NCBI GenBank assembly: GCA_052390515.1
Contig: JBQTGV010000026.1
Span: forward strand, 15,961-79,960
Source of the DNA: Candidatus Eiseniibacteriota bacterium
GTDB lineage: Bacteria > ARS69
Direction: 5' to 3'
Length of the DNA: 64,000 nucleotides
In this document: positions 1-11,879 of the stretch, piece after piece
Layout of the letters: each line of letters opens with the position of its first letter
Position numbering within the stretch: position 1 is the first letter of the stretch
Notes under the pieces: model-generated
The model's input: the letters and a program-made list of their open reading frames with translations, nothing else
Databases searched by the model: none
Told to the model about the DNA's origin: nothing
Made by a program: the position numbers and the translations under genes

Positions 1-470
1 AGCACGAGGACTTCGCCGCTCGAAGTAGCCACGAGCATGGCTTCCTGCTCGGAACCCGGCACGTTCAACAGCACGGTGGTGAGTGCTTGGCGATCGGTGT
101 CGGGTGCTTCCTGCGCGGCCACCCAGAGTCGCCCGTCGAACGAGCTCAGCCGGACCGGTGCCCGCAGCGCCACCGACCACGGCGTCCCGCTGGAGTCGAT
201 CACCACCTCGGACTGGTGCGACTCCGGGAGACCGTCCGTCTCTCCGTAGTTGCGCCACACGGCGCCGTCGTAGGACACGACGCCGCTGCGCGTGGCGATC
301 CACAGCACGCCGTCGGGCCCCTGCGCGATCGACTCGATCGCGGGGCTCGGCAGGCCGTCCGCCTCGGTGTAAGTCTGTACGTGATAGCGCTGGGCGAGGG
401 CCGGCGCGGCGGAGCCGGCGACGGCGAGCACGGCGAGGCCGGCGGGGGCGAAGCGAGATCCGGAGCGCAA
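1..470 (-). CDS. Partial (3' end off window) secreted beta-propeller repeat protein, two-component-regulator-propeller (Reg_prop/Y_Y_Y-like); N-terminal part only
   Basis: Reverse-strand translation gives MRSGSRFAPAGLAVLAVAGSAAPALAQ (signal peptide) then repeated YTEADGLPSP...DGVLWIATRSGVVSYDG...YGETDGLPES motifs typical of Reg_prop repeats. Only a TTG start is available at 468-470; no ATG in frame after the upstream stop. Confidence 0.45.
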   Translation of the reverse strand, partial: MRSGSRFAPAGLAVLAVAGSAAPALAQRYHVQTYTEADGLPSPAIESIAQGPDGVLWIATRSGVVSYDGAVWRNYGETDGLPESHQSEVVIDSSGTPWSVALRAPVRLSSFDGRLWVAAQEAPDTDRQALTTVLLNVPGSEQEAMLVATSSGEVLV

Positions 471-527
471 GGCGGTACCCCGTGGCGAACAGGGACGTCC
501 CCAGAGCGACGACCCGCGGATTCTACC

Positions 528-1739
528 TCAGAGCAGGCGCCGAACCGTCCCCCGGTCGAGGCAGGCACGCAGGGCCGCTCCCGGGTCCCGGAAGCGGGTG
601 GCCAGGATCATCGCCGCGACGACGAAGGGCTTGTGGCCGGCCTCGCGGTAGGTGTCCAGGCGGTGGCGCTCGAACACCGTCGCAGCCACCTCGCCCTCGG
701 CGCAGCTCACCCCCGTGATGTCCGCCGGGAGGCAGTGCAGGTAGAGCGCGCGGCCGCCGCGGGTGCGCCGCATCATCGCCTCGGTGCACTCCCAGTTCTT
801 GTGTTTCGCGTTCTCGGCGAGAGCCTCGCGTTCCAGCTCGGCGAGCTTCGCCTTGTCCCCCGCCCGGAGCGCCTTCGGCCGCTCCTTCATGATGCGCATC
901 GGCGCCCAGCTCTTGGGGTAGATGAAGTCCGCTCCGTCGAATGCCTCCTCCATCGAGCCGGCGATGCGGAAGGAGCCGCGGGACGCGGAGGCGAAGCGAC
1001 GGGCGGCGTCCAGCGGCTCGTCGACGAGCTCGTAGCCCTCGGGGTGCGCGAGGACGACCTCCATGCCGAAGCGCGCCATCAGGGCCACCACTCCCTGCGG
1101 CACGGAGAGCGGCTTGCCGTAGCTCGGCGAGTACGCCCAGGTCATTGCCAGCTTCTTGCCCGCGAGCGCCTCCAGTCCGCCGGCCGCCGTGGCCAGGTGG
1201 CGAAGGTCGGCGAGCGCCTGCGTCGGGTGGTCCAGGTCGCACTGCAAGTTCACCACCGCGGGGCGCTGCGGCAGCACGCGCTCGCGCCGGCTCTCCTGCA
1301 CGGACGCGGCCACCTCGGCCATGTAGCGGTGTCCCTCGCCGAGATAGATGTCGTCGCGGATGCCGATCACCTCGGTGAGGAAGGAGATCATCGTGGCGGT
1401 CTCGCGCACCGTCTCGCCGTGCGCGATCTGCGAGGTGGACTCGTCCAGCTCCTCGGTCATCAGGCCGAGCAGGTTGCAGCCGGCGCGGAAGGAGTAGCGC
1501 GTGCGCGTCGAGTGGTCGCGGAAGATGGAGAGGCCCAGCCCGGTGTCGAAGAGGCGGGCGGAGATGCCGGCGGCGTGCAGGTCTTGCAGGATCTCGGCGC
1601 AGGCGACGACCTCGCGGACAGCGGCGTCCGAGACGTTCCAGGAGAGGAGAAAGTCCTTCTCGTGCAGCTCGCTCGGGCGGCCGGAGAGACGGTCGATCTT
1701 CGCGTGGACGGCGGTGGCGCCGGCACCCTTCGCCCTCAT
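528..1739 (-). CDS. ygeW: Knotted catabolic carbamoyltransferase, YgeW-like (OTCase/ATCase superfamily; putative oxamate/unknown-substrate transcarbamylase)
   Basis: STRTR carbamoyl-phosphate motif (FRDHSTRTRYSF), HCLP motif (LYLHCLPADITGVSCAEGEV), and about 400 aa length. Blocks LHEKDFLL, SQIAHGETVRETA, LPQRPAVVNLQCDLDHPTQ and MTWAYSPSYGKPLSVPQG match the YgeW subfamily as I recall it. Start MRAKG at 1739 overlaps the upstream stop by 4 nt. Confidence 0.8.
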   Translation of the reverse strand: MRAKGAGATAVHAKIDRLSGRPSELHEKDFLLSWNVSDAAVREVVACAEILQDLHAAGISARLFDTGLGLSIFRDHSTRTRYSFRAGCNLLGLMTEELDESTSQIAHGETVRETATMISFLTEVIGIRDDIYLGEGHRYMAEVAASVQESRRERVLPQRPAVVNLQCDLDHPTQALADLRHLATAAGGLEALAGKKLAMTWAYSPSYGKPLSVPQGVVALMARFGMEVVLAHPEGYELVDEPLDAARRFASASRGSFRIAGSMEEAFDGADFIYPKSWAPMRIMKERPKALRAGDKAKLAELEREALAENAKHKNWECTEAMMRRTRGGRALYLHCLPADITGVSCAEGEVAATVFERHRLDTYREAGHKPFVVAAMILATRFRDPGAALRACLDRGTVRRLL

Positions 1740-3001
1740 GGCCGGCCGTGCCTCAGGAACAACGACGGGAACGCGGCGTAGAAGGCGGCGGCCGCGGTGA
1801 GGTCCTTCACCGGACACTGGTCCTCGACGGAGTGCGCCCATTTCTCGTGCGAGGGTCCGAAGCCGATCGTGGGAATGCCGTGCAGGCCGCACGTGGCGAT
1901 CCCGTTCGTCGAGAAGCCCCACTTGCCGATCACCGGCTTGCGTCCGAGCACGAGCTCGGCGCACTTCGCCCCGGCGACGACCGCGGGGTGCTCCTCGGGC
2001 AGGACCCACGTGGGATAGTATTTCTTCATCGGGTAGACGAGGCCGGTGTACGCGGCGCGCGCGTAGTCCAGCACGGTGACGGCGGCGCCAGAGGCGCGCA
2101 CGCCCGGCAGCTGCTGGATCCCGCCGACCGCCGACTCGATCGTCTCGCCCGCCGTGAGGCGCCGGTCCACGTGAATCGTGCAGCTGTCGGCCACGGCGCA
2201 GAGCGAAGGCGACGTGGCGCGGATGTCCGACACGGTGGTGCTGCCCTTGCCGAGGAACGGATCCGCGCTGGCGGCGAGGTCCTCGTTCAACTTCTCGATG
2301 TCACGGAGGATCGGCGCCATCTTGTACACCGCGTTCACGCCGCGCTCGGGCGCGGAGCCGTGCGCCGCCACGCCCTGCGTGCGCACTTCGATCTCCATCC
2401 GCCCGCGGTGCCCGCGGTACACGCCGAGGTCGGTCGGCTCGGTGATCACGACCACGTGCGGCGCCGGATCGATCACCTTCTCGTTCAGGATGTAGAGCCA
2501 GCAGAGGCCGTCGCAGTCCTCTTCCATGACCGTGCCGGTGATCCAGAGCGTCACGCCTTCGCCGAGGCCGAGCTCCTTCAGGATCCTCGCGCCGTGGACC
2601 ATGGCGGCCATTCCGCCTTCCATGTCGCCGGCGCCGCGGCCGTACACGGTGCCGTCCTTCACTTCGCCGCGGTAGGGATCCCGCTTCCAGGCGGACGGAT
2701 CCCCGACGCCGACGGTGTCGAGGTGCGCGTCGAGGGCGATCACCACGGGCCCGCTGCCGATGCGTCCGAGCAGATTGCCGAGGCCGTCGATGCGGATCTC
2801 GTCGAAGCCGACCTTCTCCATCTCGGCCCTGGCCCGCTCGACGACGGCGCGCTCCTCGCCGCTCTCGGAAGGGATGGCGATCATGTCGCGGAGGAAGGCG
2901 ACCATGTCCGGGGTGTACTTCTCGGCGAGGCGGAGGACGGCGGCGCGGTCGACGGCGGACATGGGAGAGGCATGGAACGCGGCGGGGCGCGGCGCTGTCA
3001 A
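1736..3001 (-). CDS. ygeY: M20 family metallopeptidase/deacylase, YgeY-like (ArgE/DapE superfamily)
   Basis: M20 motifs: HLDTV (metal His), GRGAGDMEGG, ITEPT. 421 aa, or 408 aa if the start is the second Met at 2962. Translationally coupled (ATGA overlap) to the downstream ygeW-like gene, as in the E. coli ygeW-ygeY neighbourhood. Confidence 0.75.
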   Translation of the reverse strand: MTAPRPAAFHASPMSAVDRAAVLRLAEKYTPDMVAFLRDMIAIPSESGEERAVVERARAEMEKVGFDEIRIDGLGNLLGRIGSGPVVIALDAHLDTVGVGDPSAWKRDPYRGEVKDGTVYGRGAGDMEGGMAAMVHGARILKELGLGEGVTLWITGTVMEEDCDGLCWLYILNEKVIDPAPHVVVITEPTDLGVYRGHRGRMEIEVRTQGVAAHGSAPERGVNAVYKMAPILRDIEKLNEDLAASADPFLGKGSTTVSDIRATSPSLCAVADSCTIHVDRRLTAGETIESAVGGIQQLPGVRASGAAVTVLDYARAAYTGLVYPMKKYYPTWVLPEEHPAVVAGAKCAELVLGRKPVIGKWGFSTNGIATCGLHGIPTIGFGPSHEKWAHSVEDQCPVKDLTAAAAFYAAFPSLFLRHGRP

Positions 3002-3002
3002 G

Positions 3003-5060
<2,058 letters not shown>

Positions 5061-5144
5061 GCCACGAGGTCGGCTCCTTTGACACCCGTCGGACCGCGGG
5101 GTAGCCTTCGCCGCACGTTCCCACCTCGAACCGGGGGGTTTCCC

Positions 5145-6596
5145 ATGCGCCCGTACTCGGTGATTCGCTCGCTGGCCGCCTTCACCTGCGCGATGACGCT
5201 CGCGCCGCCCGTCTTCGCCTCGGAGGTCGTCGATCCCGTGTTCTGGATCGTTCCCGGCGGCGGCATCGCGTTCCCGCCGGCCGAGTTCGGCTTCGACCAG
5301 GGAGACGTCGACGCCTTCGCGCCGCACTTCGGCGGGATCCTGGGCGTCAAGCTGGTCCCCGCGCTGGGTCTCGAAGCGCGCGGCAGCTTCCTGAAGAAGG
5401 ACGAGCTCGACAACCTGGAGATCATGCACGGCGAAGGCGACCTCACCTGGTTCCTGAGACCGGGCAGCCGGGTCGTGCCGTTCTTGACCGCCGGCGCCGG
5501 CGCCGTGCGGCTGAAGAACGATACGGCGGAGGACGACAAGTTCGCGTGGAGCGGCGGCGGCGGACTGCTCTTCCGCTTCGACGATCACCTGGGCCTCCGC
5601 ATCGACGCGAGGCGGCTGAGCTACGAGCTGGCGGATGCCGCCGGCGAGGAGAAGTTCCGGCCGCACACCGAGATCTTCGCCGGTCTCTCCATCGGGCTCG
5701 GCGGCAGGCCGAAGGACACGGACGGCGACGGCATTCCCGACCGCGCCGACTCCTGCCCGGACACGCCGTTGCGCGCGCGCGTCGACGCCGCCGGATGTCC
5801 CATCGACGGCGACCGCGACGGCGTCCCGGATGGCATCGACACCTGCGAGGGCACGCCCACCGGAGCAGCGGTGGATGCGGCCGGCTGCCCCAGCGACTCC
5901 GACCGCGACAGCATCTTCGACGGCCTCGACGATTGCCCGGAGACGCCGGCCGGCGCGCGGGTGGACGCGAAGGGCTGCCCGCTCGACGCCGACTTCGACG
6001 GCGTGTACGAGGGCCTCGACCAGTGCGAGGGCACGCCGGCCGGCTGCCTGGTGGATGCGAGCGGCTGCCCGAGCGACACCGACAGGGACGGCGTGTGCGA
6101 CGGCGTGGACCAGTGTCCGGTGACGCCCGAAGACGTGCGCGTCGACGCGAAGGGCTGCCCGATCGTCGTGACCGAGAAGGAGACCGAGCTGCTCGAGACC
6201 GGCATGATCCGGCTGCAGGACGTCAACTTCGAGTCCGGCAAGTCGGTGATCAAGCCCGACTCCTACGCGGCACTCGACGAGGTGGGAGACATCCTGTCCC
6301 GCTGGCCGGAGCTGCGCATCGAGATCGGCGGGCACACCGACTCCCAGGGCAGCGAGGCGTTCAACCAGAAGCTGAGTGAGGACCGGGCTAAGGCGGTGCT
6401 CGACTACCTGCTCGGCAAGTTCAGCGGCTTGAAGGCCGAGCAGCTCACCTCCGCCGGATACGGTGAGGGGACGCCCGTCGCGCCGAACGACACGGTGCTG
6501 AACCGCGCGAAGAATCGTCGCGTGGAGTTCAAGGTGTTGAACACCGAGGCGCTGCGGCGCGACACGGAGCGCACCCGCCTCGTTCCGAAGAACTGA
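5145..6596 (+). CDS. OmpA-family outer-membrane protein with thrombospondin type-3-like Ca-binding repeats and C-terminal OmpA/MotB peptidoglycan-binding domain
   Basis: Signal peptide MRPYSVIRSLAAFTCAMTLAPPVFA. Six or more repeats of DxCPxTPxGxxVDAxGCPxDxDxDGVxDGxD. C-terminal block NFESGKSVIKP...LRIEIGGHTDSQGSEAFNQKLSEDRA...RRVEFKV is a classic OmpA_C domain. Confidence 0.8.
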   Translation: MRPYSVIRSLAAFTCAMTLAPPVFASEVVDPVFWIVPGGGIAFPPAEFGFDQGDVDAFAPHFGGILGVKLVPALGLEARGSFLKKDELDNLEIMHGEGDLTWFLRPGSRVVPFLTAGAGAVRLKNDTAEDDKFAWSGGGGLLFRFDDHLGLRIDARRLSYELADAAGEEKFRPHTEIFAGLSIGLGGRPKDTDGDGIPDRADSCPDTPLRARVDAAGCPIDGDRDGVPDGIDTCEGTPTGAAVDAAGCPSDSDRDSIFDGLDDCPETPAGARVDAKGCPLDADFDGVYEGLDQCEGTPAGCLVDASGCPSDTDRDGVCDGVDQCPVTPEDVRVDAKGCPIVVTEKETELLETGMIRLQDVNFESGKSVIKPDSYAALDEVGDILSRWPELRIEIGGHTDSQGSEAFNQKLSEDRAKAVLDYLLGKFSGLKAEQLTSAGYGEGTPVAPNDTVLNRAKNRRVEFKVLNTEALRRDTERTRLVPKN

Positions 6597-6618
6597 CCCC
6601 GGGGTCGTTGGAGGGGCC

Positions 6619-7740
6619 GTGGCCATCGAGGGGTCGCGCGAGCTACGCGCCGAGCTTGCGCAGGTGAAGAAGGGCGAAGTTCGCTCCGTTTACCTCATCT
6701 TCGGGACGGAGGGTTACCTCGTGCGCACGGCCTCCGAGAAGCTGGTGGAGGCCGTCGCCGAGGCGACCGGCGCGGAAGTCGTGCGGCTCGACGCGGCCGG
6801 GAAGCCTCCGGAGGCCGTCCTCCAGCCGGTGACGACGCTCTCGCTCTTCGCCTCGTCCAGATGCGTCGTGGTGCGCGGTTTCACGCACCTCCTCACCGGC
6901 GACGAAGCGGACCGGCTCCTCGCCGGGCTCGACTCCGGGATCGGCCCCGGCAGCACGGTCGTGTTCGTCGCGCCGGCCGACTCGGCGGACCGCGTGGACA
7001 AGCGCGTGAAAGGCTTCAAGGGGCTGGCGAAGCGCGGGCTCGTGCTCGAGCTGGACCGCCAGAAGCCCGACGACCTGCTGGCGTGGCTGCGCGAGCAGGC
7101 CGCACAGGAGGGCAAGGAGCTTTCCGCCGGCGCGGCGCGGCTCCTGCTCGACCGGGCCGGGCCGGAGATGCAGATGCTCCGCATGGAGCTCGACAAGGCG
7201 CTGCTCTACTGCCTGGATCGGGACCGCATCGACGCCTCCGATCTCGAGGGTCTCGTCGGCAAGTCGCGGGAGGAGGCGGTGTGGAGCGTGGCCGAGGCGG
7301 TGGCGGAGGGCAACCCGGCCCGCGCGATGTCGCTGCTCGCCGACCTCGTCGCCGCCGGAGCGTACCCGCTGGTCATCCTCACCCTGCTCGTCCGTCAGGT
7401 GCGCCACGTGCTGCAGGCGCGTCTGCTCTGGGAAGACGCGGGCAGTCCACCCTTCCGCAGCCCGGAGGCGTTCCGCACGCGGGTCCAGCCGGCCGTCCGC
7501 CCGGGTGCCTTCGGCGGCGGCGCCGACGACGTGACCACGATCCACCCCTTCGCCGCGTTCAAGCGCTTCGAGGCGGCGCAGAGCCGCGAAGTGGAGGAGC
7601 TGTGCGCGTCGCTGTCCCGGCTCGCCGCCGCGGATCGGGACACGAAGACAGGCGCCGGCGCGGGCCCGGAGGAAGCGCTCGAGGAAGTCATCCTCGATCT
7701 CTGCGCGAGGGCCCGGCCCGCGAGAGGGCGCGCCGCGTGA
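6619..7740 (+). CDS. holA: DNA polymerase III subunit delta
   Basis: About 370 aa. N-terminal VYLIFGTEGYL and helical C-terminal domain typical of HolA. GTG start with GGAGG 5 nt upstream. Followed immediately by holB. Confidence 0.65.
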   Translation: MAIEGSRELRAELAQVKKGEVRSVYLIFGTEGYLVRTASEKLVEAVAEATGAEVVRLDAAGKPPEAVLQPVTTLSLFASSRCVVVRGFTHLLTGDEADRLLAGLDSGIGPGSTVVFVAPADSADRVDKRVKGFKGLAKRGLVLELDRQKPDDLLAWLREQAAQEGKELSAGAARLLLDRAGPEMQMLRMELDKALLYCLDRDRIDASDLEGLVGKSREEAVWSVAEAVAEGNPARAMSLLADLVAAGAYPLVILTLLVRQVRHVLQARLLWEDAGSPPFRSPEAFRTRVQPAVRPGAFGGGADDVTTIHPFAAFKRFEAAQSREVEELCASLSRLAAADRDTKTGAGAGPEEALEEVILDLCARARPARGRAA

Positions 7741-7751
7741 TTGCGGAAGGC

Positions 7752-9056
7752 ATGATCGGACACGAGGGAATCCGCCGGATCCTCGACGCGGAGCTCGCGC
7801 ACGAACGGCTTCCGCACGCCCTGCTCTTCTCCGGGCCGGAGGGCGTGGGCAAGCGGACGCTCGCGGTGGCGCTGGCGCGCGCCGTGGTCGCGCAGGGCGA
7901 CGCCGGCGAGACAGCGCGTTTCGATCGCGCCGCGCACGACCGCTTCGTCCTCTACGAGGACCTGGACCGCGCCGTGCCGATCCGCCGCCGCGATCTCCTG
8001 GTCGGCGGCCTCGGCGAGACCGAGCTGCTCGAGATCTACGAGTTCCTGGCGGGGGAAGGCTGGATCTCCGGCACGGCCTCGGCGCGCGGTCCGGACGTGA
8101 TCGACCTGCTGGAGCGGAACCCGGAGCGATTCACCGGCCGCAAGGGCATTCCCTTCGCCGACGTGCTGGAGAAGGAGCTGGCCGGGCTGTCCCGCGCGAA
8201 GAAGGTGCCGGCCGCCGCGGTCGAGGTGGCCCGCCGGATCTTCTCCGCGGGGACGTCGCGGGTGCCGTACCGGCGCACGCTCGGCATCGACCTGATCAAC
8301 GGGCGCGGAGACGGCGAGTACTTCCGCACCGTGGGCTCGCTGCTCCGCACCGCGACCGGCAGCGGCTGGCGCGTCGCCGTGCTGGACGACGTTCACAAGA
8401 TGACCGAGGAGGCTGCGAACGCGTTCCTCAAGACGCTGGAGGAGCCGCCGCCGAACACCCTGCTGATCCTCGTGACCTCCGAGCCGCTGCAGCTCCTCTC
8501 CACCACGCTGTCGCGCTGCGCGCGGTTCGCGTTCGACAACGTCCCGGTGGACACGCTCGCCCGCTTCCTCGCCGACACCCAGGGCGTGGCGCGGGACGAC
8601 GCGCTACTGCTCGCTTCGCTGGCCGAGGGCAGCGTGCGGCGCGCGCTGGAGCTGCGGGGCGTCGACTTCGCCGCGCGCCGGCGCTTCGTCGGCGAGCTGC
8701 TCTCCTCCGTCGCGGCCGGGGATCTGTGCCGCACGTTCTCCCTGGTGGGTGGCTGCTTCGGGGAGGTGCCGGCCGGTGACCGCCGCCGCGAGGCGGAGCG
8801 CGACGAGGCCCGCGTGCTGCTCGACATGCTGGCCCTCGCCCTGCGCGACGTGTCCGTGGCGCCGGAGATCCCGCCCATGAGCGGGCTCGGCACGGAGGAG
8901 GTGGCCGGGTTCGCGCGGCGAAGGTCGGCTTGCGAGTGGGAGGCGATGTTCGCCCGCGCGGAGCTGGCCCGCTCCGACGTGGAGGCGAACGTCGAGCCGC
9001 GCCTCGCGGTGGAAGCGCTCTTCGCCGACTGCTTCGCCGGAGCACCGTCGCGGTGA
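7752..9056 (+). CDS. holB: DNA polymerase III subunit delta prime
   Basis: MIGHEGIRRIL...HALLFSGPEGVGKRTLAVALARAV matches the HolB N-terminal clamp-loader motif (GH...HAyLfsGp.G.GK). An alternative GTG start at 7737 overlaps the holA stop. Confidence 0.75.
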   Translation: MIGHEGIRRILDAELAHERLPHALLFSGPEGVGKRTLAVALARAVVAQGDAGETARFDRAAHDRFVLYEDLDRAVPIRRRDLLVGGLGETELLEIYEFLAGEGWISGTASARGPDVIDLLERNPERFTGRKGIPFADVLEKELAGLSRAKKVPAAAVEVARRIFSAGTSRVPYRRTLGIDLINGRGDGEYFRTVGSLLRTATGSGWRVAVLDDVHKMTEEAANAFLKTLEEPPPNTLLILVTSEPLQLLSTTLSRCARFAFDNVPVDTLARFLADTQGVARDDALLLASLAEGSVRRALELRGVDFAARRRFVGELLSSVAAGDLCRTFSLVGGCFGEVPAGDRRREAERDEARVLLDMLALALRDVSVAPEIPPMSGLGTEEVAGFARRRSACEWEAMFARAELARSDVEANVEPRLAVEALFADCFAGAPSR

Positions 9057-9061
9057 GTCGG

Positions 9062-9700
9062 ATGCTCCGGCTCGCGGCGGGCCTGACCTGCGCGCTGCTC
9101 GTCGGGTGCGAAGGCGCGCGGCGCGAAGTGCAGGTTCCCGCCGAGGAGACGGCCGCGGCGCCGACCATCCGGATCGGCGTGCCCGAGGCGTTCCTGGTCC
9201 GCTTCGAGAAGGTGTCCGGGACAGGCTTTTCCCGAGAGGGATGGGAGCTCGAAGTGCTGCAGATGGGCGGCGACATCCGCATCCGCGGATCGGTTCGCCG
9301 GCAGGGCTCGGCCGTGCCGGTCTTCCGCCCGATGGACGCCGCGGAGTTCGCCGAGTTCTGGAGCTGGATCGAGGCGTATCCGCTGGACGGCTTCCAGGTG
9401 AAGACCGATCCCGCCTTGCCCGAGCCCGGGTGGAGGAAGCGGCTCAAGTTCGACGCGGTCATCGGCACCGACGAGCGCCTGCTCTGCGACAATGAGTGGA
9501 CCCGGCCGGCCGTCGATGCCCCCTGGCTCGCCGAGATCGAGGAGCGCCTGCACGCGATGGTGATCGAGCTCGCCGAGCAGGAGCTGGCGGCCCCGGACAC
9601 CACGGAGACCGCCGAGGACGCATCCGAAGCCATGCAGCGGGCGCTCGAGGCGATCGGCGAAACGCCCGGGTCGACGGCAGAGCCACCCGGCGGCGACTGA
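9062..9700 (+). CDS. Hypothetical lipoprotein
   Basis: Signal peptide with lipobox LLVGC (MLRLAAGLTCALLVGCEG). Acidic C-terminus. No recognisable catalytic motif. Confidence 0.45.
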   Translation: MLRLAAGLTCALLVGCEGARREVQVPAEETAAAPTIRIGVPEAFLVRFEKVSGTGFSREGWELEVLQMGGDIRIRGSVRRQGSAVPVFRPMDAAEFAEFWSWIEAYPLDGFQVKTDPALPEPGWRKRLKFDAVIGTDERLLCDNEWTRPAVDAPWLAEIEERLHAMVIELAEQELAAPDTTETAEDASEAMQRALEAIGETPGSTAEPPGGD

Positions 9701-9831
9701 CCGCGGCCACCCGGGCGCCCTCGGCTCCGGCGTCGAAGCACCCGCCGGCCGCCGACCGGTCGGTTGTCCGGCCCGGCCTCCCCGGATACGATGCGCCCTG
9801 ACCGCATCGTCGCCCCGCCGGAGAGGCCGCC

Positions 9832-10845
9832 TTGTCCTGGAGACAGTGGACGAAGAACCCCGGCGCGAAGGTGCTCTCCTTCGTCGCCGCTCTGGCTCTC
9901 TGGTTCAGCGTCACGAACGAGATCGAGTTCGAGAAGGCGCTCTCGTTCCCCATCGAGTACGTGAATGCGCCGAGCGGCATCACGCCGGTGACCGAGCTGC
10001 CCGTCGAGGCGGAGGCGAAGATCCGCGCCCACGGGAAGTTCCTGCGGTACCGGCTGCGCGGCGGCGTCTGTCGCGTCGACCTGGCGCTCAGCTCGATCGG
10101 GATGAACAACCTGGTGATCGACGGCCCGAATCTCGTGCTTCCCGGCGACGTCACCGTGGTGCACGCGGAGATCGTGCATCCGCGGCAGATCACCGTCGAG
10201 TTCGACGAGACGGTCACCCGCGACATCGCCATTCACCCCTCGATCATCGGTGAGCCCGATCCTCGGTTCGTACAGGTGGGCAAGACGTTCGTGAGCCCGT
10301 CGACGGCGCGCGTGGCCGGACCGCGCAAGCTCGTGGACGCGATCGGGCTGCTGTCCACGGAGCCCATCGACGTCGATGGGCACCGCAGCACGGTGCGCAA
10401 GAAGGTGAACCTGGTCGCTCCGGGGCCGGCTACGATCACGGTGCGACCGACCATGGTGGAGGTGGGCATCACCATCGAGCCCAAGGTGTCGAGGAGCATC
10501 TCCGGCGTGCCCCTGGAGATCGCCGGGGAAAACTCCGACGGAGTGCGTCCGGTGTTCGATCCGGCGGTCGTGGAGATCCAGCTCAGCGGCGCGCGCGGCG
10601 TCGTCGAGGTCGCGGCCGGCGACGTCGCGGTGCTGTCGCTGCGCGCCTCGGCGTGGAGCCCGGGCAGCTCGGTGCTGCGACTCGAGGAGGTTCGCGGCGC
10701 GGAGGTGGTCTTCGCCTCGGAACGGGCGGGCGCGGACCCCGCCGAGGTGATCGGCCGGCTGGCGCTGCCGCGAGGCGTGGAGATCGTCGGCATCGCGCCG
10801 GAGCGGGTGCAGGTGACCGTGGCCGCCCGCGAGCGCCGGCCATGA
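9832..10845 (+). CDS. YbbR-like domain protein (CdaR-like), N-terminal membrane anchor
   Basis: N-terminal TM helix (VLSFVAALALWFSV) followed by repeated approximately 80-aa beta-rich segments resembling YbbR repeats. TTG start. Stop overlaps the tsaD start (ATGA). Confidence 0.4.
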   Translation: MSWRQWTKNPGAKVLSFVAALALWFSVTNEIEFEKALSFPIEYVNAPSGITPVTELPVEAEAKIRAHGKFLRYRLRGGVCRVDLALSSIGMNNLVIDGPNLVLPGDVTVVHAEIVHPRQITVEFDETVTRDIAIHPSIIGEPDPRFVQVGKTFVSPSTARVAGPRKLVDAIGLLSTEPIDVDGHRSTVRKKVNLVAPGPATITVRPTMVEVGITIEPKVSRSISGVPLEIAGENSDGVRPVFDPAVVEIQLSGARGVVEVAAGDVAVLSLRASAWSPGSSVLRLEEVRGAEVVFASERAGADPAEVIGRLALPRGVEIVGIAPERVQVTVAARERRP

Positions 10846-11879
10846 TCCTGGGAATCGAGACCTCCTGCGACGAGACGGCGGCGGCCGTTCTCGACGACCG
10901 CGGCACGGTGCTGTCCAACGTGGTCGCCTCGCAGTCCGTGCACGAGTTGTACGGCGGGATCGTCCCGGAGATCGCCTCGCGGGAGCACGTGAGGAAGCTC
11001 GTGCCGGTGATCCGCCGCGCGCTGGAGAACGCCGGCACGAGCGCCGGCGAAGTGCGCAGCGTCGCGGTGACGGCGGGACCCGGACTGGTCGGCGCGCTCC
11101 TCGTCGGCCTGACCGCGGCGAAGAGCTTCGCCCTGTCCCGCGGCCTGCCGTGGATCGGCGTGAACCATCTGGAAGGCCACGTGATGTCGCCGTTCCTGGA
11201 GGAACGGGATCTTTCGCCGCCGGTCCTCGTGCTCGTCGCCTCGGGAGGGCACACGCTGCTCGTTCGGGTGGACGCCTTCGACGAGCTGGAAGTCGTCGGT
11301 CGCACGCGGGACGACGCCGCCGGCGAGGCCTTCGACAAGGTGTCGGTCCTGCTCGGCCGCGGCTACCCCGGCGGTGCCCGGATCGAGCGCCTGGCCGAGG
11401 GCGGGAACGAGCGCGCCTTCGACTTCCCGCGCACGCGGCTCGAGCCCGGCACGCTCGACTTCAGTTTCTCCGGGATCAAGACGGCGGTGCGCGTGGCTCT
11501 GGAGCGGAACTCCGCTCTCCGCGAGGAGCCGGGCGCGCGCGACGTGGCCGCCTCGTTCCAGGCGGCGATGGTGGACATGCTCGTGGCCCGGACGATGGAG
11601 GCCGCGACGGCCGCGGACGTGCCGGCGGTGGCGGTGGCCGGCGGCGTCGCGGCGAACGGTCCGTTGCGCCGCGCGATGGCGGCGGAGTGCGAGCGGCGGA
11701 GGCTGCGGCTCGTGGTGCCGCGGCTCGAGTACTGCGGCGACAACGCGGCGATGATCGCCTTCGCCGGGAAGCTCCGGCTCGACCGGGGGGAGACGTCGCC
11801 CTTCTCTCTGGATGCGGACGCGAACCTGTCGCTCGGAGCCGTGGCCAACCGCGCCCCGAGGCGGCGGGGACGAGGGTGA
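10842..11879 (+). CDS. tsaD: tRNA N6-adenosine threonylcarbamoyltransferase
   Basis: MILGIETSCDETAAAV..., GGIVPEIASREH, and GVNHLEGH with metal-binding His pair. About 345 aa, as for Kae1/TsaD family members. Confidence 0.9.
   Translation: MILGIETSCDETAAAVLDDRGTVLSNVVASQSVHELYGGIVPEIASREHVRKLVPVIRRALENAGTSAGEVRSVAVTAGPGLVGALLVGLTAAKSFALSRGLPWIGVNHLEGHVMSPFLEERDLSPPVLVLVASGGHTLLVRVDAFDELEVVGRTRDDAAGEAFDKVSVLLGRGYPGGARIERLAEGGNERAFDFPRTRLEPGTLDFSFSGIKTAVRVALERNSALREEPGARDVAASFQAAMVDMLVARTMEAATAADVPAVAVAGGVAANGPLRRAMAAECERRRLRLVVPRLEYCGDNAAMIAFAGKLRLDRGETSPFSLDADANLSLGAVANRAPRRRGRG

Noticed and set aside
87-1781. 564-aa plus-strand ORF and several other long ORFs (83-718, 523-1242, 941-1378) across the carbamoyltransferase region
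   Set aside because: Arg/Ala/Gly/Pro-rich low-complexity translations typical of antisense or off-frame reading of 70% GC DNA. They overlap a well-supported YgeW-like CDS on the opposite strand.
5061-6626. N-terminal 520 aa of the listed 1207-aa minus-strand ORF (3003-6626), and the 708-aa ORF 2998-5124
   Set aside because: Only the C-terminal 685 aa, from MMLRTL, carries PreA-like motifs. The upstream portion is antisense to the OmpA-family gene and is compositionally random.
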